A DNA stretch of 64,000 bases from assembly GCF_947568905.1 (NCBI RefSeq), contig NC_079169.1, positions 72,540,001 to 72,604,000 on the forward strand. The letters are read 5' to 3'. This stretch comes from Ostrea edulis (Eukaryota). How positions within the stretch are numbered: the first letter of the stretch is position 1; the number at the start of each line of letters is the position of its first letter. The notes under the pieces are model-generated. The model saw only the letters and a list, made by a program, of their open reading frames with translations, was not told the origin of the DNA and ran no database searches. The translations under genes and the position numbers were made by a program. Shown here piece after piece: positions 60,792 to 64,000 of this stretch.

Positions 60792-62866
60792 GAGAGCTTT
60801 TAAGACATCTTAAAAAGTCCAACTGACAGGTATGTTTGTTTTTATTCTGTTAATAAATTTCTGACTTTCATTATAAAACAAGATGCACGAAAGACTTATT
60901 TTTCAAACTTTACCATTAACAAACAATTCTTCTCCCTTTTCAGGGGTTTGACGACCAGACCAGAGGGTGTTGCTTGATTGTACATTGTATGCTATCTTAT
61001 GTGTTGAATAAAACTCTAAATAAACAAATGATTCTTCTTTGTGCTGATATATGTAAAACCTAAATTCATATCACACAAGCTCTTTGCACTATATGAGTGT
61101 TTGATTATTAGAAGGTCATCAAAATGTTACAACAAATCGGGTTGTTGAATATTGTGAATTTGTAAGTATATATTAAACTCCCAAATCATAAAAAATCAGT
61201 GAAGCATAAGCTGTATTTCATGAGCCATGTTTAATTTCAAATTGTAAATTACGAAATAGTGAGAAAACCCCACGAGTTGGAGACATTTGTTTGTTGGAAA
61301 ATACTAGTTAGCGCTTCATAGAAGGTATGCTGGTGTGAAGCGATAGAAACTCAACAACGTCTACTTTCTTAAAATGTCAGATATAAAAAGATACAAGGCC
61401 AGAAAATAGATTTATAAAAGCATTGAAAAGGCCACGACACTGTTATATAAGCACAAGCCGCAAGGTAGTCATCTAAGAAGTAGAGCCAACTGGGTTGAAA
61501 AAGGCAAAAAACCATCGAAATATTTCTGTGCTTTAGAATCCAGAAATTTTGCTAGCAAAACAATCCCTAGATTAGAAAATAATGAAGGGGGGGGGGGGGG
61601 GGTAATATATGAACAATCTGAAATTTTGAGGGAAACAAAAACTTTTTATGAACTGTTATACAAGAAAACAATTTTCATTTTAACAATGAGTCAAGCTTTA
61701 AGATATTTCTAAACGTTCTAGTATCAATACAAGGGGAAATTACTCTTGAAGAAGCCACCAATACTCTTTATAAAATTAAATCTAAAAAAGTCCGGTATCT
61801 GGTGGGTTTTCTGCCAAATTCTTCAGGGAAACAAAAACTTTTTATGAACAATTATATAAGAAAACTGAAGTAAATAATAGTTTTGATTTTAACAATGAGC
61901 CAAGCTTTAACGATATTCCGAAACTTTCTAATAAAGAATCAGAATCAATAGAAGGGGAAATTACTATTGAAGAAGCCTCCAATACTCTTTACAATATGAA
62001 ATCTAATAAATCCCCAGGATCTGATGGTTTTTCTGCCGAATTCTTCAAAATGTTTTGGAAATATATTGGTATTTTTGTTGTAAGGTCTATCAATTATGGA
62101 GATAGAAATAAAATGTCAATTATACAAAGACATGGTATCACTATATCGCTACCGAAAGGTGACAAGCCAAGACAATATCTAAAGAACTTAAGACCTATCA
62201 ATCTGTTGAATAATGTTTATAAAATTACATCAGACTCAGTGGCTAGTAGAGTGAGACGGTATCTATATAAATTAATCAACCATGTTCAAACAGGTTTTAT
62301 TCCCAATAGATATAAAATGGGAGAAAATACAAGGCTTATTTATAATAGTATGCATTACACTGAGGAAGAAAATATACCTGGTTTATTATTACTTAACGGT
62401 TTTGAAAAAGATTTGATACAGTGTCTTGGGAATTTATTAAAAAAGCACTTACTGTCTTTAACTTTGGCACCGAAATTCAGAAACGAGTTTCATTATTTTG
62501 TAAAGATATTACATATGCAGTGAATGATGGTGGCAGTGGCGTAGCTTCCATTGAGGCAACCGAGGCAGCTGCCTCAGTAAAAAAAAAAAAAAACAACACC
62601 TTTTACGTTGTTAAAATGTCGATAGCTTCTGGGGGCTGTGCCCCCCCCCCCCCGACCCCCTGCCTCAGTAATATTCGAACCCAAGCTACGCCTATGGGTG
62701 GTCATCTGAAAGAATCGATGTTCAGAGAGGGTGCAGACAAGGTGACCTTTTGTCGCCATATCCTTTCTTAATTTGTGCAGAAATGTTAGCAGTTCAGATA
62801 AGATTAAACAAAAATATTAAAGGTATCACTGTAAACAATATAGAAAGGACGGTATCTCAGTGGGCT

Positions 62867-63112
62867 GACGACACTTTACTTATTCTTGGTGGCAGTAGAG
62901 AATCCCTGACGACACTTTACTTATTCTTGGTGGCAGTAGAGAATCCCTGACGACACTTTACTTACTCTTGGTGGCAGTAGAGAATCCCTGACGACACTTT
63001 ACTTATTCTTGGTGGCAGTAGAGAATCCCTGACGACACTTTACTTATTCTTGGTGGCAGTAGAGAATCCCTGACGACACTTTACTTACTCTTGGTGGCAG
63101 TAGAGAATCCCT
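62867..63112. repeat. 41-bp minisatellite x6 derived from the LINE RT ADDT motif
   Basis: Unit GACGACACTTTACTTATTCTTGGTGGCAGTAGAGAATCCCT. Confidence 0.95.
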
Positions 63113-63189
63113 GTTAGATTTGGAAACACTTAAAACAATTTTCGAAAATGTCTGGACTTCATATTAATTTTGACAAAATATATGCTATG

Positions 63190-63472
63190 GTTGATTGATT
63201 GATTAAATATTGTTTAACGTCCCTCTCGAGCATTTTTCACTCATATGGAGACATTACCATTGCCGGTGAAGGGCTACAAAATTTAGGCCTATGCTCGGCG
63301 CTTACGGCCTTTGAGCAGGGAGGGATCTTTATCGTGCCACACCTGCTGTGAAACGGGATTTCGGTTTTTGCGGTCTTATCCGAAGGACCGCCCCATTTAG
63401 TAGCCTCTTACGACAAGCAATGGGTACTAAGGACCTATTCTAATCCGGATCCCCACGGGAGCCATATAGATT
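63190..63472 (-). mobile_element. SINE
   Basis: (TTGA)n tail and a body matching the reverse complement of 48065-48490. Confidence 0.85.
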
Positions 63473-64000
63473 GGATCCAAAGGATTTAGTAATGAAATTT
63501 TACTCTACTAGGAATACATTTTGATGTGGAACTACATGTATAATAATAATTTTAAAAATGATACAGCTTAACTATGAACCAAAATGTGTACAGATTAAAT
63601 CCTTACTAAAACATTGGGAGAAACGGTTTTGGATTCCTTAAGGTAAAATACGGTTATTAAGACATTGGGTTTGCCCTTATGAAAACATATCTTGGTGTCA
63701 GTCCCAAACCCCTTTGAACTATACTGTAAAGATTTAGAAAAACTTTTTTTTTCATTTGGGACAATTCGATTCACGGGGCAAAAAAGAAGTAATTGTTAAA
63801 AAATATGAAGATGGGGGAATTGAAAATGGTAAATTCAATGTCTTTATTTATAACTTCCATGATAATATTTTGAAGACATCTCATTTTCTAAGTACAAGGA
63901 TGGGAATGTTTATTCCCAATTTTCAGTTGAAAAAATTCATTAAAGGGGCATAACTGTAATTTTGTCACCAAAAATTAAATTCAATGAAAATTGCTCTATA

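Larger units (their letters stand above)
61460..64000 (+). mobile_element. Decayed L1/Tx1-clade LINE, same family as 39.9-43.5 kb, with nested MITE (~62530-62692), minisatellite and SINE
   Basis: RSRANWVE.G.K.SKYFC.LESRN, KSPGSDGFSAEFFK, LRPINLLN, RQGD.LSPY.FLICAE and QWADDT motifs. Confidence 0.85.

Noticed and set aside
52368-60830. Stop-codon readthrough into the conserved UTR exon
   Set aside because: P4 hits another in-frame TAA four codons later, and there is no conserved downstream frame among the paralogues.
21905-63112. CRISPR-like arrays
   Set aside because: All arrays are head-to-tail with no unique spacers, the context is eukaryotic, and there are no cas genes.

Overview
AT-rich, repeat-dense eukaryotic DNA, most likely from a bivalve and probably an oyster (Ostreidae). 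That assignment is inferred from the cvSI-type genes and the mollusc-type SINE, Helitron-like, Penelope and Mariner repeats. Most entries in the ORF track are spurious, TE-derived or run into introns. Splicing by hand recovers seven small multi-exon genes for secreted proteins in two clusters. Cluster 1 (9.5-29.7 kb) has three 12-Cys serine-protease-inhibitor genes of the cvSI/I84 type, arranged A<- B<- ->C. Cluster 2 (37.0-61.0 kb) has four paralogues of a family I do not recognise, arranged P1<- P2<- ->P3 ->P4. Each P protein is MNK-signal peptide + variable Tyr-rich body (Gly-rich in three) + basic amphipathic segment + a separately encoded 19-20 aa hydrophobic tail ending N-x-T-x(4-5)-Gly-stop. 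All four P genes also keep a 3'-UTR intron 30-39 nt after the stop codon. Other notable items are minisatellites built from splice-acceptor sequence whose decoy acceptors would all give premature stops, a candidate minimal hammerhead ribozyme in a 431-bp repeat, and several nested TEs with readable TSDs. There is one 179-N assembly gap at 56197-56375. No database search or folding computation was run.
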